From Candidatus Cloacimonadales bacterium (GTDB lineage: Bacteria; Cloacimonadota; Cloacimonadia; Cloacimonadales; JAFGVF01): DNA of 64,000 nucleotides. The notes below the pieces were generated by a model. It was not told the origin of the DNA and ran no database searches. It was given only the letters and a program-made list of their open reading frames with translations. Below are positions 17,627-26,966 of this stretch, piece after piece (the first letter of the stretch is position 1; every line of letters begins with the position of its first letter). The stretch is taken from NCBI GenBank assembly GCA_963667035.1, contig OY762964.1, forward strand, positions 2,560,001 through 2,624,000. Direction: 5' to 3'. The position numbers and the translations under genes are program-made.

Positions 17627-20087
17627 TAATCTGTGGCATTCGGGGTAGCATATATGAAATCCATTCCAACAATGATGATATTGGCGATATCGAAGTTATT
17701 GAGCAACAAGAGTTCAACTCAAAGGGAGATATTGTCAGTAAGCACTTGAAAATATATGACTTTGATGACAATCATGATTTTATAACAAAATATGAATATG
17801 ATTATGCTGGGAACATCACTATGATTACTTATCCAAATTATAGAATTATGGAAAATCTGATACTTAGTAATGGGAATCTGGAAAACAACGAATATCTAGC
17901 AACAAGTTCAATCTCAGCCGGGTCAGAATCACACGGAGTCACTGTATCAGGGACAGATGTTGTGTTCAGGGCTGAAAATGAAATAAATCTACTACCTGGT
18001 TTCTCTTCAAACCCTGATTTTGAGTTTACTGCCCAAATAGGTAACGTAGAGAACACTCAAGCGAAAGTAGTAACATATGAATATGATAGATTTGGGAGAC
18101 AAATAAAGGTTGGAAATGAAGTTGAAGATAATTATTATGCAGACTATCGTTACAATCTAAATGAAAAACTTGATTCTGAGAGATTAAATCCAGGACAAGT
18201 CCCAATTAAAACATCGAACACTTATCAAGTTTCCGGGAGACTCATCAATATTGCTGTCACAGATGACGGTGTTCCTGAACCATTTGAATATTTTAGTGAA
18301 GCGATTGAGTATGCTCCCAATGGTAATATTACAAACATAGCATTTGCTGACTATACATATGATTTTACTTATGATAATTGTGGAAGATTAACTTTCGCGG
18401 ACCACGATAGTAACATCAATTTTGATTATTCTGGAATTACTTATGACGCAAATGGTAATTTTCTTAGCCTTACTAAAGGAGTTGACAACAAAAATTATAG
18501 CTATTATTCAGGAACTGATAGAGTAAAGAACACTAATGGAAGTACAAGTTCTGACTATCTATATGATTCCAATGGGAATATAGAAAGTTCTTTGCCAAAG
18601 TCATTAGACCTTGAATATGATAAGTATAGCGGGAAAACCACTCTGATCAATATTGATGATGCTAATAACAGCTCCTTAGCATTTGTATATAATAATTTAG
18701 GAGAGCGAGTGTATAAAGAAGCCAACCTACAGGATGGAATTTACAAAACAGCATATATTAGAGGATTATCTGATCGTCCTTTGATGGAAGTGGATGAATC
18801 AGGGCTCACAACTTTCTATATCTATTCTCCAACTGGATTGATTTGTAAAATCAAGAATGATAACGAGTATTATCTCATAAAGGACCATCTTGGTTCGACG
18901 AGGGAAGTATTTAACTCGCAAGGAGTAATTGTTTCCTCCTATAGCTTTGATGCCTTTGGAAATCTAATGAATTCGATGGTTTCTGAAGATGTTGCCTATC
19001 AATATACCGGGCAGGAATCTGATGATGAAATTGGATTGCTTAATTACAGGGCTCGTTTCTACGATAGTGATTTAATGAGATTCTATGCCGTTGACCCACA
19101 ATGGCAAACAGCATCACCATATCTGTATTGTGGGAATTCACCTCTTATGTATACAGATCCAGATGGTGAATGGTTCGGTTGGGATGATGCAATAGTAGCA
19201 GCTGTTGGTTTTACTTTTTCCTATGTAGGATATGGTATTACAACTGGAGAATGGGGGGAAGATGCTTTAGTCGCTGGGGCTATTGGTGGTGCTTCTACTT
19301 GGCTAGGATACAATTCAGGAGGACTTGCCCTTAATGCGATGACTTCTGCAGGTGCACCTATCAGTGCAATAACAACAGCATCCAGTGCAGCAATTGGTCG
19401 GGCTGTTGGTGGAGCTGCTGGCAGCATAGGGAATCAGTTGTATTCAAATGGAGAAGTGAATTGGAGTGAAGTTGGAATTTCTGCTGGTGTTGGAGCTGTA
19501 GGTGGTTTCATTGGAGGGTTAGTTGGGTCTTCATCTGAAAGTACTTTTTTACCAGGAATTCTTGGAAGTGGTTTTTCAGGGGCACTAGTAAGTGGACTAA
19601 GTGGAGAGTTGCCAGCAAAAGGTTTTGCTAGAAGTGCAGGATTAAGTATTGCTAGTTCTTATGCAACGAGACAATTATATAATGTGTATGGTAAGTATAA
19701 AACTAATAAGTATTTTGGTGATGGTTCATATGGCACCGATATTGCACCATCAACCTCGTTTGGGATTGATGGAGGAGCACCTAATGAGAGTTATGCGTGT
19801 AGAGAATTTGTAAGTGATTTTACTTTGTCCGCAAATGGAAATCTAGAAACGGCAGTATTTGATCCAAGTTCAAACCACCATCTCATGTTGCGATAGTATT
19901 AGGTAGAGACCAATATCAAAGGCATATTATGCTATCAAAAGAAGGTACTGGGGGAGGTATATGGGTTAGAAATGGTACTGAGTTAAGAGTAGGTTCTTTT
20001 TTGAAACCAAATTTTCCTTACGGAGAATATAAAATATCATACATTCCAAGAATACCAAATTTGGACAATATAATATTGGAGAGATAA
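17627..20087 (+). pseudogene. 5'-truncated RHS repeat-associated core protein (polymorphic toxin 1), frameshifted in the C-terminal tip
   Basis: YD repeats, DHLGSTR, YQYTGQE, YRARFYD, SPYLYCGNSPLMYTDPDG. Frame is open back to the repeat junction with no RBS or signal peptide. Track ORF stops at 19896, but a -1 frame (19863-20087) continues to 2 nt before the next gene. Confidence 0.8.
18522..18798 (+). repeat. RHS core segment nearly identical to 20829-21105
   Basis: AGTAAAGAACACTAATGGAAGTACAAG...GATGAA colinear at offset 2307 with scattered substitutions. Confidence 0.9.
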
Positions 20088-20089
20088 AA

Positions 20090-20524
20090 ATGCTAGTAAA
20101 TAAAAGTATCGTTGGGGTGTTGTTGCTATTTCTTATTTTGGGATGCACTACTAATAAAACTGAAATAAGAAACTTTGGTGATTATCAAGTATATTATGGA
20201 AAGCAAAATGTTAAAGAGCATTTCCCAGAATTCAAAGAGAGTGTTTGGAAAAAAACAGTAGATGGTTTGGATTTACGAGGTGCAATGCATAACAATGTAT
20301 TAGTTTATCTTAGAGACCGTAAGACTGTACAATTAGATGTTGATAACCACGAATTCAAAATTCTTTTGTACCAAAGAAATATTGTTGGACTTGTTGTCAT
20401 AAATCCCTGTATAAAAAAACGAGTTATAGAGATAAATCTAGATGAGTTTAATTCTGGAGCATATCAATTTTATGTCTACAAAGATAATAAGCTTTTAAGC
20501 TGGGAGATACATAACTTAATATAA
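20090..20524 (+). CDS. Putative lipoprotein, candidate immunity protein for RHS toxin 1
   Basis: Lipobox-like LILG-C after a hydrophobic stretch; lies directly after the toxin tip. Confidence 0.65.
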   Translation: MLVNKSIVGVLLLFLILGCTTNKTEIRNFGDYQVYYGKQNVKEHFPEFKESVWKKTVDGLDLRGAMHNNVLVYLRDRKTVQLDVDNHEFKILLYQRNIVGLVVINPCIKKRVIEINLDEFNSGAYQFYVYKDNKLLSWEIHNLI

Positions 20525-20698
20525 AATTTTTGTTATTTAATAGGAATTTGAAAATTATATGCTAATCCTTGATAGGATTGACATATATGAGTTTGCAAAT
20601 AATTCTAATCATAGGCATTATATCATAGTATCTCATAATAAAGCGATAACAGACTTTGAGAAAATTAATAAATTGAAGAGAACATCGATGGAGGAAAT

Positions 20699-20767
20699 AT
20701 GATAATTAATGAGAATGGCTTTTCTCTTATAGAGTTAATGATTGTTGTGATCGGGATATTTGCAACT
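20699..20767 (+). pseudogene. Truncated copy of the prepilin 5' end
   Basis: GGAGG-N4-[29 protein letters not shown] matches 22814-22897, then switches to RHS core sequence. Confidence 0.8.
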
Positions 20768-22089
20768 TCATTAGTCTTGACAAAGGAACCGCTGACAAGG
20801 ATTATACCTACTATGATGGTGCAGACAAAGTAAAGAACACTAATGGAAGTACAAGTTCTGACTATCTATATGATTCCAATGGGAATATAGAAAGTTCTTT
20901 GCCAAAGTCATTAGACCTTGAATATGATAAGTATAGCGGAAAAACAACTTTGATCAATATTGATGATGCTAATAGCAGCTCCTTGGCATTTATATATAAT
21001 AATTTAGGAGAGCGAGTGTATAAAGAAGCAAACCTACAGGATGGGATTTACAGAACAGCATATATTAGAGGATTATCCGATCGTACTTTGATGGAAGTTG
21101 ATGAAGTAGGCAATACTACTTCTTATGTCTATTCGTCCACAGGGTTGATATCTAAAATTAGTGATGAAGAATTCTACATTGTAAAAGATCACCTTGGTTC
21201 AACCAGAGAAGTGTTCAACTCTCAGGGAGTAAATGTCACATCCTATAATTACGATGCGTTTGGAAATCTAATGGATTCAGTTGTCTCAGAAGATATCTCC
21301 TACCAATATACAGGGCAGGAATTTGATGACGAAATCGAATTACATAATTTTCAAGCTCGCTTCTATGATTCTGATTTAATGCGATTTATGTCGGTTGACC
21401 CTGAAGAGCAATATGCAAGTCCTTATTTGTTTTGTGGAAATAATCCAATAAACTTGATTGACCCGGACGGTAGAAGTGCTATTTATGACCCATATGGCAC
21501 ATTGTTGGGAACTGATGATTTTGGATTGCAGGGCGATCCAATTTTTATGGATGTAGATAATTTTGATCAAGGAATGTCCTACGATGAGGCGATTGAATTT
21601 AATCTGGGGTATGGTGGTTTGGAAAATCAAGATGCAATAGATAAATTTACAACGAGCTTTCTGGGATTACCAGATCGACCTGATTGGGATGGTTACTTAA
21701 CATTGGAAGAAGCAAATGACTGGTATCGTAATGGAGACGGTCAGCCTCTATTTGTTGCATTAGATAAAATAGATTTATCTAATCTTTATTCTTTAGGTGA
21801 GGAGTTTGTTGGACAAAAAAAAGTAGTCAATTTTATCTTTGGGAGCAAATCTTGGAATGATGGACTGGTCTATGGAAATGTCAGATTAATCCGTCATCCA
21901 AATCATTCTGTTAAAGCAGTGTCAGGTGATGTATATGATTTTGATATGCATTCAGGTAAAACACTAAAAACTTGGGGCAGAAATATTGAAACCAAAATTG
22001 CGGAAAAGATTGCCGGTAAAGGTACAGCATATAAAATCCATATGTATGGAGATAAAAAATTAAAACCTAGATACTGGTGGGTAAAATGA
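20761..22089 (+). CDS. Orphan (5'-truncated) RHS core plus C-terminal toxin 2, colicin-M-like tip
   Basis: RHS homology (NFISLDKG..KVKNTNGS) starts ~20761, upstream of the track start 20899. DHLGSTR, NNPINLIDPDG; tip has WYRNGDG..V..I.L, YGNVRL, DVYDF..R, G..Y.I..YG. Confidence 0.8.
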   Translation, partial: CNFISLDKGTADKDYTYYDGADKVKNTNGSTSSDYLYDSNGNIESSLPKSLDLEYDKYSGKTTLINIDDANSSSLAFIYNNLGERVYKEANLQDGIYRTAYIRGLSDRTLMEVDEVGNTTSYVYSSTGLISKISDEEFYIVKDHLGSTREVFNSQGVNVTSYNYDAFGNLMDSVVSEDISYQYTGQEFDDEIELHNFQARFYDSDLMRFMSVDPEEQYASPYLFCGNNPINLIDPDGRSAIYDPYGTLLGTDDFGLQGDPIFMDVDNFDQGMSYDEAIEFNLGYGGLENQDAIDKFTTSFLGLPDRPDWDGYLTLEEANDWYRNGDGQPLFVALDKIDLSNLYSLGEEFVGQKKVVNFIFGSKSWNDGLVYGNVRLIRHPNHSVKAVSGDVYDFDMHSGKTLKTWGRNIETKIAEKIAGKGTAYKIHMYGDKKLKPRYWWVK

Positions 22090-22475
22090 AGAAAATATTG
22101 ATTTGGATTGGTCGCATTTTGTTGCTATTGTTTTTAATTCTATTTTTTTCACTATTTTTTTATACAGGCACTAAGAAGCTGGGCAATAATATTACTTATG
22201 ACGAGGAAAGAAAAGATATTTTTGGAAAGGTTGATATTCCTCCGACAATTCTTTCTTATGACTATGATAAGCAGTTCATCATAGTTAAGCAAAAGCCGGA
22301 AAAATATCCTAATGCAGTGAATAGTGATAGAGGTATATATCCATTAGGACGAGATACCATTTATTATTGGTTAATCATAAAAGCTGAAGAAAAAATTTTA
22401 GGACCGTTAGATTTTGAGAAGTTTAAAGAACTCAAAACAAAATATAGTGTTCCTAATGAATTAATTTTGGAATAA
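22086..22475 (+). CDS. Membrane-anchored candidate immunity protein (DUF3997-like)
   Basis: ATGA overlap with the toxin stop; N-terminal TM; IPPTILSYDYDKQFIIVKQKP and YYWLI.K....GPL..E.F pattern. Confidence 0.7.
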   Translation: MKKILIWIGRILLLLFLILFFSLFFYTGTKKLGNNITYDEERKDIFGKVDIPPTILSYDYDKQFIIVKQKPEKYPNAVNSDRGIYPLGRDTIYYWLIIKAEEKILGPLDFEKFKELKTKYSVPNELILE

Positions 22476-22554
22476 CGGATTATTCTGCACACATTTTGGT
22501 GGATAGTACAGTGTTTACATTCTTATATATAAGTATAAATCGTTAATGAAATTT

Positions 22555-22595
22555 GGGGCAGTAAGGTGCGACTAGTTATTAGCCTTAACTGCCCC
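22555..22595 (+). terminator. GC-rich hairpin after immunity gene 2
   Basis: GGGGCAGTAAGG...CCTTAACTGCCCC imperfect stem. Confidence 0.4.
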
Positions 22596-22822
22596 TCCCT
22601 TCTTGGGATTGAACTTCTTTAGAAGGAGACTAGAGTAATTACGGATACTAACGGCCAACAAGGGAATAGTAAGTATAATCGCAGACACTTTTCTTAGTGA
22701 TGTAATAAAGAATATAGTTTAAAAACCATTGCTTATTCAGCAAAAGAACGAAGTTATTCGATGACAACTTTGAGTAATTTTATTAATTGAAAAGAAAAAA
22801 TCATTTTACACACGGAGGAAAC

Positions 22823-23221
22823 ATGAAAAGCAATGAGAAAGGCTTTTCTCTTATAGAATTAATGATTGTGATTGTAGTAATCGGGATTTTGGCAACAATA
22901 GCAATTCCACGATACTTCAATGTTACGAGAAAAGCTAAGAAGACAGAAGCAAAGATGATGCTTAATCAGGTAATATACTTACAGGAATCATATTACTCTG
23001 AGCATGATTTTTATGCCAAGACCTTAACAGAACTGGAATTTGAGCAAGAGAAACTGATTTCCGAAGACGGGAAAGCCAGATATGTAATCAAAATTGAGAA
23101 AGCTGACCTGAAAGGTTTTACTGCAACAGCAACCTCAATCGTCGATTATGATAAGGATGGAATTATGAATGTATGGCAAGCAACACAAGATGGAAAAATA
23201 ACAGAAATTGTTGCTGATTAA
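22823..23221 (+). CDS. Type IV prepilin/major pseudopilin (GspG-like, Bacteroidota-type)
   Basis: [32 protein letters not shown] class III signal; C-terminal DYDKDG..NVW motif. Confidence 0.88.
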   Translation: MKSNEKGFSLIELMIVIVVIGILATIAIPRYFNVTRKAKKTEAKMMLNQVIYLQESYYSEHDFYAKTLTELEFEQEKLISEDGKARYVIKIEKADLKGFTATATSIVDYDKDGIMNVWQATQDGKITEIVAD

Positions 23222-24491
23222 ACCACTTCGAAACTCTTCCGGATTTTCGATTGTTCAGGTCTTGATTCTAATTATTCTGATCAGTATTCTCTTCCTAATA
23301 GCAATCACTCGGGAAATGATATACTACAAGAATGCTAAAAGGATAGAGAATAGATATCAGGCGTCACTAAATACAGAATCAACTCTAAACCAGTTATTAG
23401 ATAAGTTGGATGTACAAGACTTTTCTGAGAGTACATCCTCAAGTTACACATATCAAAATGGTGGTAGTTCTCAGTATGATGTGGACCTATGGGGATCTTT
23501 TTGGCGGATTGGAATAAAGTCACAACAGTCCGGACAAAAGCATTCAGATGAGTATCTTTTTGGTCAAAGAGTACCAGATGAGTACAACTATAGCTTTGTA
23601 GCTCTAAACCAAGATGCACCACTAAATGTTACCGGTGAGACAGTAATAACGGATTCGATTAAGACCGGGAAACGAGGATTGCTATTTTCTTCTTATGGAA
23701 ATCAAGCTTTTATCGGTGCAGTAACTGATACAGTACTTTCAGAAACTTTTAATAAGCTACCCACAGAAACAGATCATCTTCTCTCTTTCCTGAATGCTTT
23801 AAATCACTCATGTACTTTAGGTAGTAATTTGACATATCCACAAACAAGGGTTGGTGAACAGTATGTAGCTCAAGATAGTTTGTTGATATCTAATTTTAGC
23901 AACTCAGACCTTCTGAATAATGAAGTTATATTATCCCAAAGAAATATTCGAGTTTGCGAAGATGTTGAGTTACCACCATTCACTATCCTTATAGCTGATA
24001 GTTTGATGATAGAAGGTGATGTAAAAGGTAAAAATCTGATTCTATTCGGTAGACGATATGTTTCAATAAAAGGAAATACTAGCATTTCAGCCCAGATATT
24101 TTCCAATGGTGAAGTAGTCATAGCTGATAGTGCCAGAATCAAATATCCATCTGTTATCTTCGGTGATCCCATTGACGAGTGTGAGTTTCTTGTTTCAATG
24201 GAGGATAAATCAAGTTTCGCAGGAACAATACTTTATCTTGAAAGCGAGAAGAAGGTTGGGAAGCTTCTCGTTGCTGAAGATTCCGTTATCGATGGATTTG
24301 TCTATTTCGAAGGCAAATCTAACATTCTAGGAACAGTAAATGGTAACTGTATTGTAAAGGATCCCTTTTTTAAGAAGAAAACAACAACTTATCTAAATTG
24401 GTTGAAAGAGGGGAATTATAATCTCACCAACAGAATGGAACCTTTTATTATTCCGCTAGTCTTTGATAAAGCAAATGAGATTGTAAGATGA
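23208..24491 (+). CDS. Large minor pseudopilin (GspK/PilX-like)
   Basis: SG|FSIVQVL prepilin-like signal lacking E5, followed by a large beta-rich domain; overlaps neighbours. Confidence 0.65.
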   Translation: MLLIKPLRNSSGFSIVQVLILIILISILFLIAITREMIYYKNAKRIENRYQASLNTESTLNQLLDKLDVQDFSESTSSSYTYQNGGSSQYDVDLWGSFWRIGIKSQQSGQKHSDEYLFGQRVPDEYNYSFVALNQDAPLNVTGETVITDSIKTGKRGLLFSSYGNQAFIGAVTDTVLSETFNKLPTETDHLLSFLNALNHSCTLGSNLTYPQTRVGEQYVAQDSLLISNFSNSDLLNNEVILSQRNIRVCEDVELPPFTILIADSLMIEGDVKGKNLILFGRRYVSIKGNTSISAQIFSNGEVVIADSARIKYPSVIFGDPIDECEFLVSMEDKSSFAGTILYLESEKKVGKLLVAEDSVIDGFVYFEGKSNILGTVNGNCIVKDPFFKKKTTTYLNWLKEGNYNLTNRMEPFIIPLVFDKANEIVR

Positions 24492-24847
24492 AACATCGAC
24501 AACATAAACTAAACGATACAGGCTCTACTCTATATGAGACAATGGTTGCACTAATCTTACTCACTTTAGTAGTAGGTTTTACACTTCGAATATATTTGAA
24601 GTTTAACCTAAAGAAAACCGGTTTAAAGAAAACAAGTGCACTTTCTATTGCAATGAATGAGATGGAACAGTCATTATTCAGTGAGACTTTTACGGATTCT
24701 CTGTTTATACAGAATGATTTCATTGTAAAAAAAGAGATAGACTCTAAACAGAATCTCTTTATGGTGAAGATAGTCCCCCAAAACAAAACCAAATCAATAG
24801 TTGAGTTAAGATGCGTTGTACGAAATCAGAATCCGGTTTTACCTTAA
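24488..24847 (+). CDS. Minor pseudopilin (GspI/PilV-like)
   Basis: G|STLYETMVALILL class III-like signal. Confidence 0.7.
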   Translation: MKHRQHKLNDTGSTLYETMVALILLTLVVGFTLRIYLKFNLKKTGLKKTSALSIAMNEMEQSLFSETFTDSLFIQNDFIVKKEIDSKQNLFMVKIVPQNKTKSIVELRCVVRNQNPVLP

Positions 24848-25281
24848 TTGAAGTAATCATTGTTGCTACAATAACCCTTTTGATAGTGAGTTTTGTTATA
24901 TCGTACTTGCTTTTCATTGAAAAACAAAGAGTAGTCTCTGAACAGGAGCATCAACAAACCCAAAGACTTTCCACTATTCACAATCAGATCTTCTTTGATC
25001 TGAAGAAGTCTGATTCTATTGACATTATCTCAGATTCTCTATTGGTAATAACCGATGAATTGAGAACAACTGAATATAACTTTAGTGATGTTATTAGGCG
25101 TAATGGAAGGTTGGGGCATGATGATTTTAGAGTGAAGTCCTCGAGAATTAGATTGGTCTTTGATAGATGGAAAAATCCTTTTATCATGATTGACTTGACA
25201 CTAGTAAAAAACGATAAAGAGTTTGAGATCGCTATTAGAAGCAGAGTAAAGAAAGGGGAAAGGCATGAAACTGCCAGATAG
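24811..25281 (+). CDS. Minor pseudopilin (GspJ/PilW-like)
   Basis: SG|FTLIEVIIV class III signal. Confidence 0.75.
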   Translation: MRCTKSESGFTLIEVIIVATITLLIVSFVISYLLFIEKQRVVSEQEHQQTQRLSTIHNQIFFDLKKSDSIDIISDSLLVITDELRTTEYNFSDVIRRNGRLGHDDFRVKSSRIRLVFDRWKNPFIMIDLTLVKNDKEFEIAIRSRVKKGERHETAR

Positions 25282-26329
25282 ATTAACATTGATCGTTAAA
25301 CCTAAAGTAAGCTTTAAAGAATTGGTTGAATTTACCCGATTGTTATCAGTAATGCTGAAGTCACGAGTTCCCCTTTTACTTTCGTTAAAAACATTATCCA
25401 AGCAATCCGGGATTAAACTGGCTCGTGTACTTAACTCCCTAATCAGAAATCTTGAGCTCGGTAAAAGTTTCTCCGAATGTTTGTCAAAATATCCGGACAT
25501 ATTTTCTCTGCATTATGTTAAGATGATTGAAGTTGGGGAGAATACAGGTACTTTGTGGAAAGTTCTTCAAAAACAATCAGATTATTTAGAAAAAATTCAC
25601 CAAGTAAGGAGCAAGGTTTTTTTAGCACTTCTCTATCCAAGTATCATTGTTCTGGTCTCAATTGCAGCAATCATTTTTGTTATCACCTTTATTGTACCGG
25701 CATTTGCTGACATCTTTGCTGAGTTTAATGCAGAGTTACCATATGTGACCAAACTTCTGCTTCAAATCAGTCAATATATTGGCTACACAGTAGCATTATT
25801 AGTAATCCTAATATTATTACTAATAATGTTGTTTAAAACTAAGAAAGCACTTATGAACAATATTATCGGCAATTTAGTTAGTAAACTTCCTTTCATAGGT
25901 ACAATTCTTGAAAAGAATAATATGGCCCAGTTTTGTTATACTCTTGGTAACTTACTGCAAAGTGGAGTGAATATTTCAGATGCTTTATCAATCACTCAAG
26001 CATCAATATCTAATCCAGAAATTAAAGCTAAACTTTCAAAAGTGAGAAAAAAGGTTATTAAAGGTAAGGGGCTTGCCTATTCCTTGAAAGTTGCAGGGAT
26101 TTTCCCTGAAATCATTTATCAAATGACCAGCGTTGGGGAAGAAACGGCTAAAACTGATGAGGTTTTGCTACATTTAGCAGAGCTATATAATGATGAACTC
26201 GAATCATTGGTTGATACCTTAACAACTCTTATTGAACCGGTAATCATAACAGTTTTAGGTATTGTTATTGGATCAATACTAATATTGCTTTACCTTCCGA
26301 TGTTCGATCTCTTTACAAAAATCTATTGA
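25265..26329 (+). CDS. T2SS protein F / PilC-family inner-membrane platform protein
   Basis: FTRLLSVML, GENTGTL, YP, GEETA, LIEP..LYLPMF. Confidence 0.9.
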   Translation: MKLPDRLTLIVKPKVSFKELVEFTRLLSVMLKSRVPLLLSLKTLSKQSGIKLARVLNSLIRNLELGKSFSECLSKYPDIFSLHYVKMIEVGENTGTLWKVLQKQSDYLEKIHQVRSKVFLALLYPSIIVLVSIAAIIFVITFIVPAFADIFAEFNAELPYVTKLLLQISQYIGYTVALLVILILLLIMLFKTKKALMNNIIGNLVSKLPFIGTILEKNNMAQFCYTLGNLLQSGVNISDALSITQASISNPEIKAKLSKVRKKVIKGKGLAYSLKVAGIFPEIIYQMTSVGEETAKTDEVLLHLAELYNDELESLVDTLTTLIEPVIITVLGIVIGSILILLYLPMFDLFTKIY

Positions 26330-26330
26330 G

Positions 26331-26777
26331 GTGATAATGGATAAAAAAAAGGTAATCCTAATTTTCTTGTCTATAGTTATTATTGTAGTATACATGAATT
26401 TTTTTAAACAACTTAGAAAACATAAAATCAATGAGAAGGAACTTACAATTCAAACAATAAAGCCGGTTGAAGAAGTTGAAGAGACGAAAAGAGATAGATT
26501 AAAGTTCACAGGTAACTATCCTGATCCATTCTTAGATAAGGATAAGAAGATTATTGCTCCGATTACAAAAAAATCCGAGAATAATCTAGATAACAATGAG
26601 AAACCACCCTTCATATTGAAAGGAATTATGGGTTCAACAGCAATAATCTCCAACGACGGTAGTACTGATTTTTACACATTGAATGAGATCGTAAGTGGTT
26701 GGAAAATAATATCTATGAAAGAAGACGAGATTGTTGTTAAGAAAAGTAAATCTATTCATACTATGTTTATACAGTGA
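26331..26777 (+). CDS. Bitopic protein, PilP/GspC-like assembly component
   Basis: N-terminal TM, PDPF motif, C-terminal LKGIMG..AII..GWKI beta domain; last gene of the pseudopilin operon. Confidence 0.5.
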   Translation: MIMDKKKVILIFLSIVIIVVYMNFFKQLRKHKINEKELTIQTIKPVEEVEETKRDRLKFTGNYPDPFLDKDKKIIAPITKKSENNLDNNEKPPFILKGIMGSTAIISNDGSTDFYTLNEIVSGWKIISMKEDEIVVKKSKSIHTMFIQ

Positions 26778-26917
26778 CTAATTTCTTAATAATATCAAAT
26801 ATGCTTAACTCATGAGTTAAAGTTTTTAGCTCAAGTTTACCGACAAATCATGCAATATATGAGGCATATAATCGCTGTATATTGAGTTTTAGAAGAGAAG
26901 TCTATCTATGATCACAT

Positions 26918-26943
26918 AAAAAGCCCTGCACACTGCAGGGCTT
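26918..26943 (-). terminator. Terminator of the 26967-28097 gene
   Basis: AAGCCCTGCA-CAC-TGCAGGGCTT with an adjacent A run (T run on the minus strand). Confidence 0.8.
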
Positions 26944-26966
26944 CAATATATATACTTAATACCGTA

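Larger units (their letters stand above)
17627..26920 (+). mobile_element. Inserted island (RHS toxin/immunity modules plus pseudopilin/GspF genes) bracketed by the duplicated gene end
   Basis: All genes are on the plus strand, against the local trend; ~215-bp flanking direct repeats; RHS frame truncated at the left junction. No integrase seen. Confidence 0.7.

Noticed and set aside
19966..20148. 60-aa minus-strand ORF
   Set aside because: The region is better explained by the frameshifted RHS1 tip and the immunity gene on the plus strand.
20699..20833. Possible in-frame prepilin-RHS fusion giving RHS2 a class III signal
   Set aside because: The pilin fragment and RHS core are in different frames; the pilin frame stops at about 20833.
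26805..26820. Perfect 16-bp palindrome TTAACTCATGAGTTAA near the island's right edge
   Set aside because: Single AT-rich occurrence with no partner site or recombinase; no function can be assigned.
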